Assembly: GCA_963707985.1 (NCBI GenBank)
Contig: CAVPRW010000046.1
Span: forward strand, 32,001 to 96,000
Direction: 5' to 3'
DNA length: 64,000 nt
From: an uncultured Nitrospinota bacterium
Lineage (GTDB): Bacteria; Tectomicrobia; Entotheonellia; J063; CAVPRW01
The notes below the pieces were generated by a model. The model saw only the letters and a list, made by a program, of their open reading frames with translations. It did not search any database and had not been told where the DNA came from. Both the position numbers and the translations under genes were made by a program. This document shows positions 30,452-41,368 of the stretch, one piece after another; position 1 is the stretch's first letter, and every line of letters begins with the position of its first letter.

Positions 30452-30722
30452 CCAATTTCAGCGTGGTCAGGGTCACCCGCGGCACGTCGAATACGAGCGA
30501 TTCGGCCACTTCGACGTCGCCGTCGTGTCGGAGTTGGTCGATCATGCGCCCCAGCAGCCCGGTTTTGCCACTGCCGACCACGCCCGTCAGGGCGATCAAG
30601 CCCCCTTCACGGGTGGCGACGCTGAGGTCTTTCAGGATTTGGTGGTGATACTCGGTGGCACAGTAGCCGACCTGACGGAGACTCCTGCGCAGGCCAAAAT
30701 GCTCCATGACGTCGCTGAGCAT
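30452..30722 (-). pseudogene. ExeA-like AAA ATPase (transposon helper), truncated by IS6
   Basis: MLSDVMEHFGL...LIALTGVVGSGKT (Walker A); sequence stops at the IS6 TIR. Confidence 0.7.
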
Positions 30723-30865
30723 GCGCTTATCCTCTCTAGAAGGGCTCGAGGTGATGCCGCACATGGTCCCACACCAGCTGTTTGGCCAATGTGGGGCGTC
30801 GGCAAGGATTCGAGTCAAAAACTCACGGATCTTGGTATGCGCGGAAAATTCGAGCAGTTCTGAAG

Positions 30866-30976
30866 GAGGCCGTTTACTAAACTACAGGTAAGTAAACGCC
30901 CCAAGCGTACGGATCTCTCACTGAATTTGCAAGGGGTTACACCAGGGAGAGAGCAAAGGGTTTAGTAAACACCCCT
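30866..30976. mobile_element. About 110-bp MITE-like element
   Basis: Inverted ends sharing GTTTACTAAAC (30872-30882 and 30960-30970); no ORF. Confidence 0.5.
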
Positions 30977-31114
30977 GTACCGATGCTGTCGGTGGGATGT
31001 GCGGTGTGTGGATCGTACGCGAATCGTTGCCATAGCCTGCGAGGAGTTACAGGGTCCTGCAGCACTCCGGTACGACACATCCGTGAGTTTTTGACCAGAA
31101 TCCTTGCCGCCGTC

Positions 31115-31640
31115 CTATCCGGTGACTAACGTCTCATAGGCGTAAGGAGCATCTCTCATAAACGCCTGAAGGCGGTCCTTGAGCTTAGGATGAAGGTTTA
31201 CCGAATCCACGCGCGTCATCCGCCGCTCACGTGGGACAAACGGTGTCATGTAACCGATGAGGCCAACTAACTCCCCAATAATTTTCTCATGTTCCTGACG
31301 GGCTAAGGCGATGTTCTGTGTATTTTGCTCAGCGACCTGCTTGGCAATAGTTCTCCTTGAAATCCTCGACATCCCGATCAACCCGCACCTTATACGCCTG
31401 TTCACGCTGAAGCGCTGCTGGATCACTCACGGTGTCGATTACCAGATTCATGGCGTCCATCATCCGCTTCATAGCATTGTTGATATGCTCGAAGTCTTGT
31501 AGTACGCCGCTCAGCGCTTCAATCCTCACCTTCTGAGCGTCCATGCCTTGCTTTAGCAGTCTGATGTACCAGAGAAGTCCTCCCCCGATGATGAGTAGAA
31601 GAATAATCTGCACCCAGGCCAAGATGCCTGATGTAGTCAT
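31115..31640 (-). CDS. Membrane-anchored coiled-coil hypothetical protein, apparently frameshifted near 31350
   Basis: N-terminal TM helix (ILAWVQIILLLIIGGGLLWYI); two overlapping frames join as DFKE/TIAKQVAEQ. Confidence 0.55.
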
Positions 31641-31739
31641 GACTTGTCCTCCGCCGCCTGTCGCAACGTAAATAGCCCATCTAGTACGATCTAGCCCTAG
31701 GCAGTGAGGCTAAGCTGCTACATTTCTCCTTCGGTCAGA

Positions 31740-31967
31740 CTACTCACTGACAACCTTTAGGGTGTGCACTCGAATCGGTGGAGAGGTGACCTTCGAGGAC
31801 GGCGTCACCACTTTCACCTCGAACGCTCCCGTGCGTGTGTCAATGACAAGCAGACTCATGTCGCCAAAGTTGGACACCTGAAACCGGCCATTCTGGCTCA
31901 TGTGCCACAAGATCACGAGACCGACAACCACCACGACCACGAGGCTTACCCATCGCACGTATCTCAT
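31740..31967 (-). CDS. Small single-TM hypothetical protein
   Basis: 75 aa; TM helix followed by NGRFQ..VIDTRTG; RBS AGGAGAG. Confidence 0.65.
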   Translation of the reverse strand: MRYVRWVSLVVVVVVGLVILWHMSQNGRFQVSNFGDMSLLVIDTRTGAFEVKVVTPSSKVTSPPIRVHTLKVVSE

Positions 31968-32018
31968 GATCCGCTCTCCTGAATCTGCCCCTCAGCGACT
32001 TCTGTTCTATGCCGTGGC

Positions 32019-32456
32019 TCAGGCCTCCGGCCAGAAGTCCTCATCGAGCACCTGCGCCACCGGCCACGGACAGGCCTCGGGGAAGGTCGCCAGTGGCAAA
32101 CCGGTGTCGTCGGCCGCATCGCGTCTGGCCCGCCGATAGGCCAGGGGCACCCGCTGTGCAGGATAGTTGTGCAAGCTGTGACTGCCTTCGATCACATCGG
32201 CGATCGCATCGCGGGCCTGGCGGATCGTGCGGCGCCAGCTTGGGGTCCGGTGGGTCGGCTGATAGGACCATTTCAAGAGGTGGGCAAGCAGTCGCTGCAA
32301 CTGGCGGCTCATCGCGCGCTTCTCGTGCATACCTAAGGTCTCGATCTCCTCGGCCAGGTGCTCGATGTCTATGGCGGGCCAGTCCTTAGCCTGTAGAGCC
32401 TGAGCCTGAGCTTGCGTCCAGGCGTAGAAATCGGTGTCATAGCGAGGAATAGTCAT
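32019..32456 (-). CDS. DUF29 family protein
   Basis: YDTDFYAWTQAQA, IDIEHLAEEIE, LLAHLLKW.YQP, FPEACPW, LDEDFWP. Confidence 0.93.
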   Translation of the reverse strand: MTIPRYDTDFYAWTQAQAQALQAKDWPAIDIEHLAEEIETLGMHEKRAMSRQLQRLLAHLLKWSYQPTHRTPSWRRTIRQARDAIADVIEGSHSLHNYPAQRVPLAYRRARRDAADDTGLPLATFPEACPWPVAQVLDEDFWPEA

Positions 32457-32671
32457 CGTGTCTGTTCTCCCTGGGCCACATCCCCGTGCGTCACGCGCCC
32501 CAGCGCCTGCATGAGGTCCTCCAGGCTGAAGCCTTCGTTGGTCTCAATCTCGTTGAGCGCTGGTGGGTCGCAGTCCACGTCTCAGGTGCCGATGGTTTCC
32601 GACTCCTCGGGCGTTGCCGAGTGCGCCTAGTGGTGCGACCACCGAGGGATGGCGGCCGTGCACACCGGTCA

Positions 32672-32902
32672 TTATCGCCGCGGCGCTTTGGCTTTGGTCT
32701 TCTTCTGGTAGCGTTGCTCCAAGACCTCCAACCCATGCAGCACGGCCAGCCGCAGCACGGCCGTCTTCGACATCCGGCCGAGAGCACGCACTTCAGGGTC
32801 CTCCGCCAGCATCTGCACTATGGCCTCCGCCCGTGCGTGCACGTCACGGGACAAGCGTAATTGCGTCGGTTTTTCGAAGGGCTCCACCATCAATGTCTCC
32901 AT
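32672..32902 (-). CDS. Small putative ribbon-helix-helix DNA-binding protein
   Basis: PTQLRLSRDVHARAEA...MSKTAVLRLAVLHGL; basic C-terminal tail. Confidence 0.55.
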   Translation of the reverse strand: METLMVEPFEKPTQLRLSRDVHARAEAIVQMLAEDPEVRALGRMSKTAVLRLAVLHGLEVLEQRYQKKTKAKAPRR

Positions 32903-32988
32903 CGTCTCGACAGACGGATTCCCCGCCAGAAAGCGCGCCGTCCGCACCGCCAGGTCAGGCCGCTGGCGCAGATGCGCGGCCAACCGCT

Positions 32989-34188
32989 TGTGGGTCCCGA
33001 AAACCCGTTGCAACCGTAAACCAGCCAATCAGCGCACATGTCATCACGCCGCCCGCCGCTCATAATGATGATGCAATCCATCCACTTCTGAGACTGCCCT
33101 GATCGGACCAACCTCCGGCGGTTGGACTGGCCGTGGCCGTGGACAATCCATGGCTAACGCCCGGTGCGTGCGCCAGCGATGATAATATCGGAAGTACTCA
33201 GTCAGCAATCGCCGCAGATGTCGCTCGTGCAGGACGATCACGTGGTCCAGGCACTCGCGCCGGATACTCCCGATCAGCCGCTCGACGTAGGGGTTCTGCC
33301 ATGGACTTCGCGGGGCAATGACGACGTGTTCGATCCCCATGTGCCGCACCTGCTGTTGAAAGGCAGCACCGTAGATGTGGTCCCGATCATGCCGGAGATA
33401 CCGAGGGACCTCGTCCCACGGGAAGGCATCGATGACCTGCTGGGCGGTCCATTGGGCTGTGGGATGCTCCGTCACGTTGAAATGCACGACGCGGCGTCGC
33501 TCATGGGCCAGGATCAGCAGCACGAACAGCACGTTGTGGGTGACCGTCGGCACGACAAAGAAATCCAGAGCCACGAGGTCCTGCACGTGATTCTTCAGGA
33601 AGGTCTTCCATGTCGGTGATGGCGGCTTCTGAGGCCGCACCCGATATTTCTCCACCGTCGACTTGGCCACCTCGATGCCCAGCTTGCGCAGCTCGCCGAC
33701 GATCCGAGGCGAACCCCAGGTGGGATTCGCCTGCCACATCGTGCGGATGAGATCGCGGACCTCTTTGGCGATCGTGGGACGGCCGGGCGTGCCTCCCTGG
33801 CTCAAGCCTCTCCAGTGGTCGCCAAAGCGCTGGCGCTGCCAGGCAATGACGGTCCGCGGCTGAACAAGCGCCAGGGCGCTTTGCCAGTCTGACCACAGAC
33901 GAGACAGCCATGCCCAGAGTAGACGATCGGTCGCACGGAGGTGCGGTCGGGGCACCGACCGCTGATAGACTGTGAGCTGATGCCGCAGCGCCAGGTGTTC
34001 CAGGTGCAGCGATGCGCGTGATCGGAACAGTGCCGCCATGCAGGCCAATAATGCAGAGATCACGGGTGGCATCATCAGAAACCTCATTACGATGAGCGAT
34101 GGTAGGAGCGGAGGTGCATGGGGCCAGGGTGAGGACATGAGAGGCAAAAGTCAAGGATGTTCATGTCTTCGGGTTTTCGGGACGGACA
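32989..34188 (-). mobile_element. 1200-bp IS with rve integrase-core transposase (TGT...ACA ends, IS481/IS3-superfamily-like)
   Basis: TIRs TGTGGGTCCCGAAAACCCG / TGTCCGTCCCGAAAACCCG (17/19 match); no target-site duplication seen. Confidence 0.88.
33044..34078 (-). CDS. Integrase core domain (rve) DDE transposase
   Basis: NPTWGSPRIVGEL, ALDFFVVPT, HDRD, SPWQNPYVERLIGSIRRECLD. Start approximate. Confidence 0.92.
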   Translation of the reverse strand: MMMPPVISALLACMAALFRSRASLHLEHLALRHQLTVYQRSVPRPHLRATDRLLWAWLSRLWSDWQSALALVQPRTVIAWQRQRFGDHWRGLSQGGTPGRPTIAKEVRDLIRTMWQANPTWGSPRIVGELRKLGIEVAKSTVEKYRVRPQKPPSPTWKTFLKNHVQDLVALDFFVVPTVTHNVLFVLLILAHERRRVVHFNVTEHPTAQWTAQQVIDAFPWDEVPRYLRHDRDHIYGAAFQQQVRHMGIEHVVIAPRSPWQNPYVERLIGSIRRECLDHVIVLHERHLRRLLTEYFRYYHRWRTHRALAMDCPRPRPVQPPEVGPIRAVSEVDGLHHHYERRAA

Positions 34189-34343
34189 AGTGCGGCCGCC
34201 ACCTCACCGTAGATGTGCTCCGCGCTATTCGTGTTGCCAAAGGCCGTGGTCATGGCATGCAAGACGACTGCGGCCACACGCGGATCGACCGGTGTCGTGG
34301 CGTGGTAATCCAGGTAGATAGGTGGTGTGGTAGGCAGCTTCAT
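34189..34343 (-). pseudogene. Cysteine desulfurase (IscS/DndA-like) N-terminal fragment cut by the IS
   Basis: IYLDYHATTPVDPRV...FGNTNSAEHIYG; ends at the IS TIR. Confidence 0.8.
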
Positions 34344-34428
34344 GGTTGGCGTGTCCTGGTGTTCCCCCCCTAGTGTTCTCGCCGTTCGATGAATCCTGCT
34401 GCTTTCTGGCCCCTCGTGTTCCTATGGG

Positions 34429-34851
34429 CTATCGATGTAAGATCTCGAAAAATACGCGGGGAGAGACGATCTGAATGCCCTGGTACGTCCCCAAGGAGAG
34501 GAGCAGGCGGTCGCCACTGACGAGATACGCCGCCGCGCCTTCCACTGCACATTCCAAATACCAATTATCCGCAGGGTCCTCCTGAATAATCCCAAGGCTC
34601 AAGGTCCCTGGGGTCATCAGGGCGAGGTGGGCAAAATCCTCTAGCCATTGCCGCAGCCGTTCTTCGGACCAGCGATGATACACGGCCACGCGGGGATAGC
34701 GCAATACCCGTCCGATCTCGTCGAGAATCGCCGCCGACAGCACGACCTGAAAGCGCTCAGCCCGCCACGCATCGAGGACCTGTGCCGGGATCCCCTGCGG
34801 GTTGATCAGCGAACTCACCACGACATTCGCATCTAACACGGCCCGGATCAC
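34429..34851 (-). CDS. PIN-domain toxin of a type II TA system
   Basis: AVLDANVVVS, EIGRVL.YP, DPADN..LECA, LVSGDRLLL. Confidence 0.92.
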   Translation of the reverse strand: MIRAVLDANVVVSSLINPQGIPAQVLDAWRAERFQVVLSAAILDEIGRVLRYPRVAVYHRWSEERLRQWLEDFAHLALMTPGTLSLGIIQEDPADNWYLECAVEGAAAYLVSGDRLLLSLGTYQGIQIVSPRVFFEILHR

Positions 34852-35132
34852 GTTGATTGCTGATTCCCGGTCCGTGTGGCCTTGAGGGCGTCCTGAATGT
34901 CCTGCTCAATCGCTTCCGGTGAGGTGCCCTCCTGCCCCTGCCGCACCTCGTCCACCATGCCGAAGAACCGTTCGCGGCGTTTCAGCCACTCTTCCAGGTA
35001 CCAGACCGGCACAACAGCGGCCATGGGCTTGCCCGCGCGCTCGATGATATAGTGATCCCCCCGGTAGTAGACCTCTTCCAGCAGTTGTCCGAGAGTTTTC
35101 CTGGCCTTCACGGCCGTGATTTTTTTGACCAT
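34848..35132 (-). CDS. Phd/YefM-family antitoxin
   Basis: ITAVKARKTLGQLLEEV..IIERAGKPMAAVVP; 4-nt overlap with the PIN gene. Confidence 0.88.
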   Translation of the reverse strand: MVKKITAVKARKTLGQLLEEVYYRGDHYIIERAGKPMAAVVPVWYLEEWLKRRERFFGMVDEVRQGQEGTSPEAIEQDIQDALKATRTGNQQST

Positions 35133-35312
35133 CTCATCCACCTGGAGTATCGCAATCGGCTGTATCCATGCAATTGCCACAATCATTACGATCATAGCAT
35201 AGCCGCTTAGCTTGTCAACACGGGAGATCCGTTTACGCTTGATAATCCCGTTTATCTTGGGTTGACCCCCTGGGAAGTGAGCGAAGGATCAAAACTCTTG
35301 AGTGACGCTCTG

Positions 35313-37146
35313 TTACTCGCCGGTGTTGTCTTGCGCAGCAATGATATGCGGAAAAAATAATCGTCCTGTTCGTTTCAGGACTTCCAATGTATTTGAGGCC
35401 GTGGCCCGGCTATAATAAAGCTTCCTGTGATACTCGGATGTGCTTAGGTAGTTATGAAGGGAGGCCACCCGGTCGCTGCAGGCAGCTGAGTAATCGCGCA
35501 GTAAGTCATGAAGGCTAAAATGTTCGATTGAGGTTTCCAGGGCCTCCAAATCGTCCATGGTCATGACAATCAATGGTACCACCCAGAATCAACCTTTCCG
35601 CATCTGACCAGTACGCTCAACTTCTTCAGGGGCAAGTGCTGCTGCAAACTCCGCCGCCAGGAACTTCCCATGAACCGGAGCGTCCAGCAATGGATCATGC
35701 ACCAACAGCACAGGATACAGCTGCTTCACCCTTGTAAAATCTTCCGTAATCGGTACCCACTCGCCACTCGCTACCTTGGTAATCGCTCTTGCAAGTTGAC
35801 CCACCCCCTTGATCGAGCGGCCGCCTTCGCTCCCAGTCCTGACTCCATATTTGTCGCGGAGATGGTCCAAATACCGCTCGTAATCATCGTCTAGGACGAC
35901 ATCATCACGGACCCAAACTGCCTTCATCTCGAAGAGGATGGCCTCCGTGACATCGTTCAAGCAGGCATCGGTAATCTGCACGGATTGTCCGGCTCGATCT
36001 CTCCCACGGACGTCACAACAGAGCCGGTCTACTAACCCAGGACCGGGCATAGGGTATATGCGGCGTAAGAGGCTTCCTGCATATTCTTCAAAGGCATGGC
36101 CAAACGCACTGAAAATCTGATCACTTTTGGCCCTTGGCACCCCTTCAGTTAAGAGAAAAAGCGGTCCTACGGAAGCTCGTTCCCCATAAAACACCGGCTC
36201 CATAATAATAGCGCGGCCATCCGATGCCCGCAGAATCGGTCTCCGTCGTAATGGCTTATAATTATAGTGCCTGGCGTCTTCCCAGCGCGTGACATGTTTG
36301 AGCCCCCACAGTGCGTCCCGCAGCTCATCGGCCACCTGGGATTCCAGCGCCAGATAGGTGTCGATCAACGGTTGCACATGTGAGGCTGAGGCACAGACAG
36401 TCTTGACATTGAAGAGGCTGGGGTTTTCTTGCACATTCTCAGGCGTGCGGTTCAAGAAGGTTGTCATGAATGCTGTTAAGCAATAATAAAATTCATCGAG
36501 TGAGAGCCCCGTGCGTGCACAGAACTCTTGGGAGAGATTCGCGTAGAAGCGCGGCAGATGCTTACAGATAATGGCGTGTCCCCTCCCCAGGGCGAGCAGT
36601 GGAATCCAGGCCAAATGACGTATCTGCGATGGCCCCACGAATGGCGCCTAGCGCACGGTTCTGAGCAAGATCGCGTCCCCCGTCGAGCGAAAAGCGATCC
36701 CCATAGACGCGGCGCGACCAGAGATCACTCGCCATCAAGGCTACCTGAGCAAAGGTGCTGCGGACTGTGGGCCTCTCGAACGTTATGCCGTCATCTGGAT
36801 GGTCCTCACACCACAAGCACACCGACCGCATTAACTCCAGCAACTGGCCTCGAAAGAAGACCGCTATATGGCCTATATCATAACCCTCGCGTTGATGTGT
36901 TCGCGCAAACGCATTGATTCGAGCAATCTCATCGGCCGTGAAGAATACACGGATGGCAGACTCTTGCTTGCGCCGATGATCTCGATTACTGGGGTTTGAG
37001 AGTATAAGATTGAGGCGGGCGCACCAAAAGAGCGCATCGGTCCGGGTTAACTGCCTCACCCCTGACTGAAAGCTAGCAAAGTCACTGGATGCATGCGGAA
37101 ATATCTCATCAAACGGCACGTAAATTCCAAGAGGATTCAAGTCCAT
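35313..37146 (-). pseudogene. Large hypothetical protein with C-terminal PD-(D/E)XK nuclease-like motif, broken by a frameshift (about 36600) and an in-frame TGA (35589)
   Basis: Three collinear ORFs; FGHAFEEYA...ITDACL...LFEMKA...GVGQLA. Confidence 0.6.
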
Positions 37147-37325
37147 CGTCTATGTCTACTAGTCCTTTCCTCGCGTTATTTTATCAGATCGAATCATCAC
37201 CAACCTTCCTCCTCGTCATGGATTCAGAGGTACCCAGCAACAGGTCATCCTCGCTGCTCAACACATGCAACACTGATACAGCCATAGCACACAGGAATCC
37301 CCTCATTTTATGAATCTACTTTACT

Positions 37326-38641
37326 CAATACTTCGGACAGTTTTCATTGATGCAGAGGTCGCCACACGGGTCGGAATCCGGTAAGGTTGAGTATCCCCGC
37401 AACCGGAAAGGAGAACGAACCGTGCAGCTCCTTGAGAGTGTACTGATGCGCGTGAAACACACCAAGAAACCCCAGCAGAAATTTTTGTGTCACGTGATGC
37501 GTGTGATGCTGCTGGTGCCAGGACGAGTGACGTTCCGCCATCGGAGTCGTTATCGTCCGTATCACGAGAAAACCTTTGCCCGATGGTGTGAACGTGACGT
37601 TGATTTTGTCAGCCTCAACCACGCGGCTATCGTCCATGTCGTCGCTACCCACCACGAGCACGTCCTCGCCTTTGACCCCAGTGTTGTGCCCAAACGTGGG
37701 CAGCGGACCCCGGTCTCGACATGTTCTGGAACGGCGCCCACAGCCGTGCGGAAAAGGGCTTAGAGATTGCCACGTTGGCCTGGGTCGATGTCACCCAGAA
37801 CAGCGCCTAGACGCTCAGCGTGGAAAAGACCCCCACGACGCTGAACCGCGACGCGGAGCAGACCCGTATCGACACCGATCTGGCCCATCTTGAACGCGTC
37901 GTGACGACACAGCAGCTCCAGACGCTGAAGTATCTGGTCGCGGATGGCTATTTCAGCAAACAGAAGTTCATCGACGGCATCTGCGCGTTGGAGATGCACC
38001 TGATCAGCAAGCTCCGGCGTGATGCCCATCTGCGTCACCTGTACCGGGGGCCGCGTTCCACCAGTCCTGGACGGCCCAAAACGTACGATGGGCAAGTCTC
38101 CTCCCACGATCGGTCGCGCTTTGAGTATGTCGATACGGACGATACCGACATTGCCCTCTACCATCAGGTGGTCAATCATCCGCAGTTGAAGCGGAATCTG
38201 CGCCTGGTGATGGGACAGCATCGCCCCACAGGACGGTATGCCTTGCTCTTGAGCACGGATGTAGCCCTCTCGGCTCAGGCGATTTACCGCTTTGACAAAG
38301 CGCGCTTTCAGATCGAATTTCTGTTCCGCGACGCCAAACAATTCACGGGTCTCAGCGATTGTCAAGCGCGTTCCGCAAACAAGTTGCGCGTTCATTTCGA
38401 TGCGAGTCTGAGTGCCGTGAGCTTCGCCAAGCTGGAGGCCCGTCAGCATACTGACCAGCCAGGTGCACCTTTCTCCATGGCGAGTCTCAAACGCCGCTAT
38501 TTCAATCAACATCTGATTGATCGAATTTTAGACCTTTTAGCCTCTGAGGGCAGATTGGATAAATCCAGCCCTACGTATGCCGAGCTTTGTAACTATGGCA
38601 CCATTTGTGACAGGGCTGCTTAAATTCTGTCTGAAGTATTG
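37326..38641 (+). mobile_element. Degraded IS4/ISH3-like DDE insertion sequence (1316 bp)
   Basis: TIRs CAATACTTCGGACAG / CAATACTTCAGACAG; transposase YLVADGYFSK, ARFQIEFLFRDAKQFTGL with frameshift and stop. Confidence 0.85.
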
Positions 38642-38684
38642 ATATATGGACCAGCTCAGATCTTTTTGCATTCCGGGAGACCTA

Positions 38685-39545
38685 TGGAACTCTTGTCTTG
38701 CTTGCTCCCTCAGGGTGTTTCGTTCCACCTGGAGACGGCGCATCTGGACGAGGTGGCAGACCAGTTGACCTGGCGCGTCACCTCGAGACAGGCCCTGGGG
38801 GGCAAGGCCGGTGTGCGTTTGAGCCAACGCGGGGGCCTGGGGGTGAGTCGGAACACCCTCTTGCGCGTGCTCCGCCGTCTGCCTCTGCCGGGCTTTCCGA
38901 CGCCCACGGGGCTTGGGGTCGATGACTGGGCGCTCCGGAAACGTCACACGTATGGCACGATCCTGGTGGACCTGGAGCAGCGGCGACCGATCGCCCGCCT
39001 CAAGGATCGAGACGCCGACACGCTCGCCCAGTGGCTCCGCGCCCACCCGGGCGTGCAGATCACCACGGGAGACCGCTCCAAAGCCTATGAAGATGGTGCA
39101 CGCCAAGGGGCGCCGGCGGCGATTCAGGTGGCCGACCGCTTTCACCTGTTGCAGAACCTTGCGGAGGTGCTCGATCAGGTGTTCAATGCCCATATCCAGG
39201 AGCTCAACGCGCTCAACATGACGCCCGACACCAGACGCCGGTACTTCAGCCCCGATGGGACACCCGCCGCTCCCGTGCCTCCACCACGCAACGCCACGGA
39301 CGCGGTGGTGCAAGCTCAGCAGCGCCGTGCCCGGCGCCTGGCGACCTACGAGCAGGTCTGGGCCTTGCATCGGCAGGGATATACAGGAGACGCGATTGCC
39401 CGGCAGTTGCGCATCGGGAAAAGCACCGTCTTTCGCGACCTGCGGACCGCCACGTTTCCCGAACGCCAGGGGCGAAGTGATCGCGGCCGGAGTGTGCTCG
39501 ATCCCTACAAGCCCTATCTGCTCAGCCGCTGGAATGCCGGCTGCC
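38685..39545 (+). pseudogene. ISL3-family transposase remnant (internally deleted, truncated)
   Basis: GVDDWALRKRHTYGTILVDLE, DRSKAY, QVADRFHLLQNL, LDPYKPYL..RWNAGC. Confidence 0.88.
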
Positions 39546-40128
39546 CACAGAGCACTGAGTGGACAAGGGCTATACCGACGCGCAGGTGCTGGTCGAGAGC
39601 CAGCGCGCGTATGGGGTCACGCTCATTGGCCCGGTGGCCGACGACCCAAGCTGGCAAGCCCGGGCGGGCGCCGGATTTGACAAAGCGCAGTTTCTGGTCG
39701 ACTGGGACCAGCAGGTGGTCACCTGCCCGGTGGGGAAGCAGAGCCTCTCCTGGCTCCCGAACACCTAGCCCCAAAATGGCATGATGTGGGAGGTGCGCTT
39801 TGCCCGCAAGGACTGTACGCCGTGTCCACACCGGGCACAATGTACGAGGGCCAAGAAGGAGCCGCGCCTCATCGGACTCCAGGCGCGTGAGCCGTATGAG
39901 GCACTCTAAGACGCCCGAAAACGGCAGACGACAGAAGCGTTCCACCAGTAGTATGCTCCACGGGCGGGCATTGAAAGCGCCCACGCGCAAGGTAGGCGCC
40001 GGTGTGGCCTGCGGCACGCGCGCTATGTGGGGCTGGTCAAGACGCATTTACAGCATGTGGCGACGGCGACGGCCCTGAACTTGGTGCGACTGGGAAAGTG
40101 GTGGGCAGGGACGCCGCAGGCCAAGTAG
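39546..40128 (+). pseudogene. IS1182-family transposase C-terminal remnant
   Basis: VDKGY, VTCPVGK, DCTPCPHRAQCT, RAGIES, RYVGL.KTHLQH; several in-frame stops. Confidence 0.85.
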
Positions 40129-40462
40129 AGGGTCTTGGGAATGCGTCCCAGTTGCAGACAATCAGTGGGGTGGGCACGCGGGCTCGGGCAATGGTATTCA
40201 GGCCCCCATAATCGGCCGTGGGATTCATCCGCCAAAAGCGTGCTTCGCCGATATCGGCCAACCGGGGGCTGAAACGGACTCGCGTGGGAGCCGCGTCGGA
40301 CAGAGGTGGAGCGCCTCATCCCTGGTGGATTTGTCAGCCAAACCAAAATTTCGGTAAATTCGCTCTCCCATGCTCAACTCTGGAATTTCAGGGGCATAAC
40401 GCAGCAAAGCGCGGACGGCCATAGCGCTTTCCCTCCAGGAACGGCTTGCATCACTGCCAAAA

Positions 40463-41368
40463 ATGGCGCATGTTTTTCCCTGCATGGTTCATACTGAGAC
40501 CCCACTCATGCAGGGCCAGTCTATGTATGTTACACGACCATACCACAGACCTCCGCGAAAAGCCGGACGGCGCTACCTGAGACTCTGGGCCACCTGTCTC
40601 GTCATGCTGGGCGTCGCGGCAGCCCTGGGAGCGTTCGGGCAGTCGCCCTTGAGCTCCAGGTGGACAGCATCGACTGCCGCTGCCCACCTGGCGACCTTCC
40701 CTGCCGTCGTCTTGTGGGCCTGGGAACGCCCGGAATCACTGGATTTCATCGATGCACGAGCGGTCGGTGTGGCGTTTCTCGCGCGCACGCTCTACCTCAC
40801 TGCCTCGGATGTCATCGTCCGCCCTCGACTCCAGCCGTTCAGCGCACCGCCTGACACGAAGCTCATAGCGGTGGTGCGGATGGCGACAAATCGATGGCAA
40901 CCACCGGACCTCTCCGCCTCACAGCGTGAGATGGCTACCGCGGCCATCGCTGAGGTCGGCCGGCTGTCAGGCATCCAGGCACTCCAGGTCGATTTCGATG
41001 CGACAGTCTCCCAGCGCGAGTTTTATCGGGAGGTACTATCCCAACTCCGCCGTCAACTCCCCGCGGCCATGCCACTGTCCATTACGGCGCTGGCGTCCTG
41101 GTGCATTTTCGACGACTGGCTCGCGGGACTACCGGTCGACGAGGTGGTACCGATGGTGTTTCGCATGGGAGCCGACCAACATCGCGTCCGACGGTATCTC
41201 GCCGCAGACGATTTTCGTGTCACGGCCTGTCGCCACAGTCTGGGGATCGCCACTGATGAGCCCCTGCCGATCGTACGCCCTGGGCGGCGTCTCTATGTGT
41301 TTCATCCGCATGCATGGCGACTGGAAGCCATGACCAGTGTCCTGGAGGAGGTCGGGCGATGGCCATAA
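40463..41368 (+). CDS. DUF3142-like exported protein (TIM-barrel, GH18-like motif)
   Basis: Signal/TM segment; LWAWERPE, LQVDFDA..SQREFY, LSITALASW, VDEVVPM.FRMG. Start uncertain. Confidence 0.78.
   Translation: MAHVFPCMVHTETPLMQGQSMYVTRPYHRPPRKAGRRYLRLWATCLVMLGVAAALGAFGQSPLSSRWTASTAAAHLATFPAVVLWAWERPESLDFIDARAVGVAFLARTLYLTASDVIVRPRLQPFSAPPDTKLIAVVRMATNRWQPPDLSASQREMATAAIAEVGRLSGIQALQVDFDATVSQREFYREVLSQLRRQLPAAMPLSITALASWCIFDDWLAGLPVDEVVPMVFRMGADQHRVRRYLAADDFRVTACRHSLGIATDEPLPIVRPGRRLYVFHPHAWRLEAMTSVLEEVGRWP

Noticed and set aside
35583..35594. In-frame TGA as selenocysteine or readthrough
   Set aside because: No redox-motif context or evident SECIS, and the same gene also has a frameshift; simple decay is more likely.
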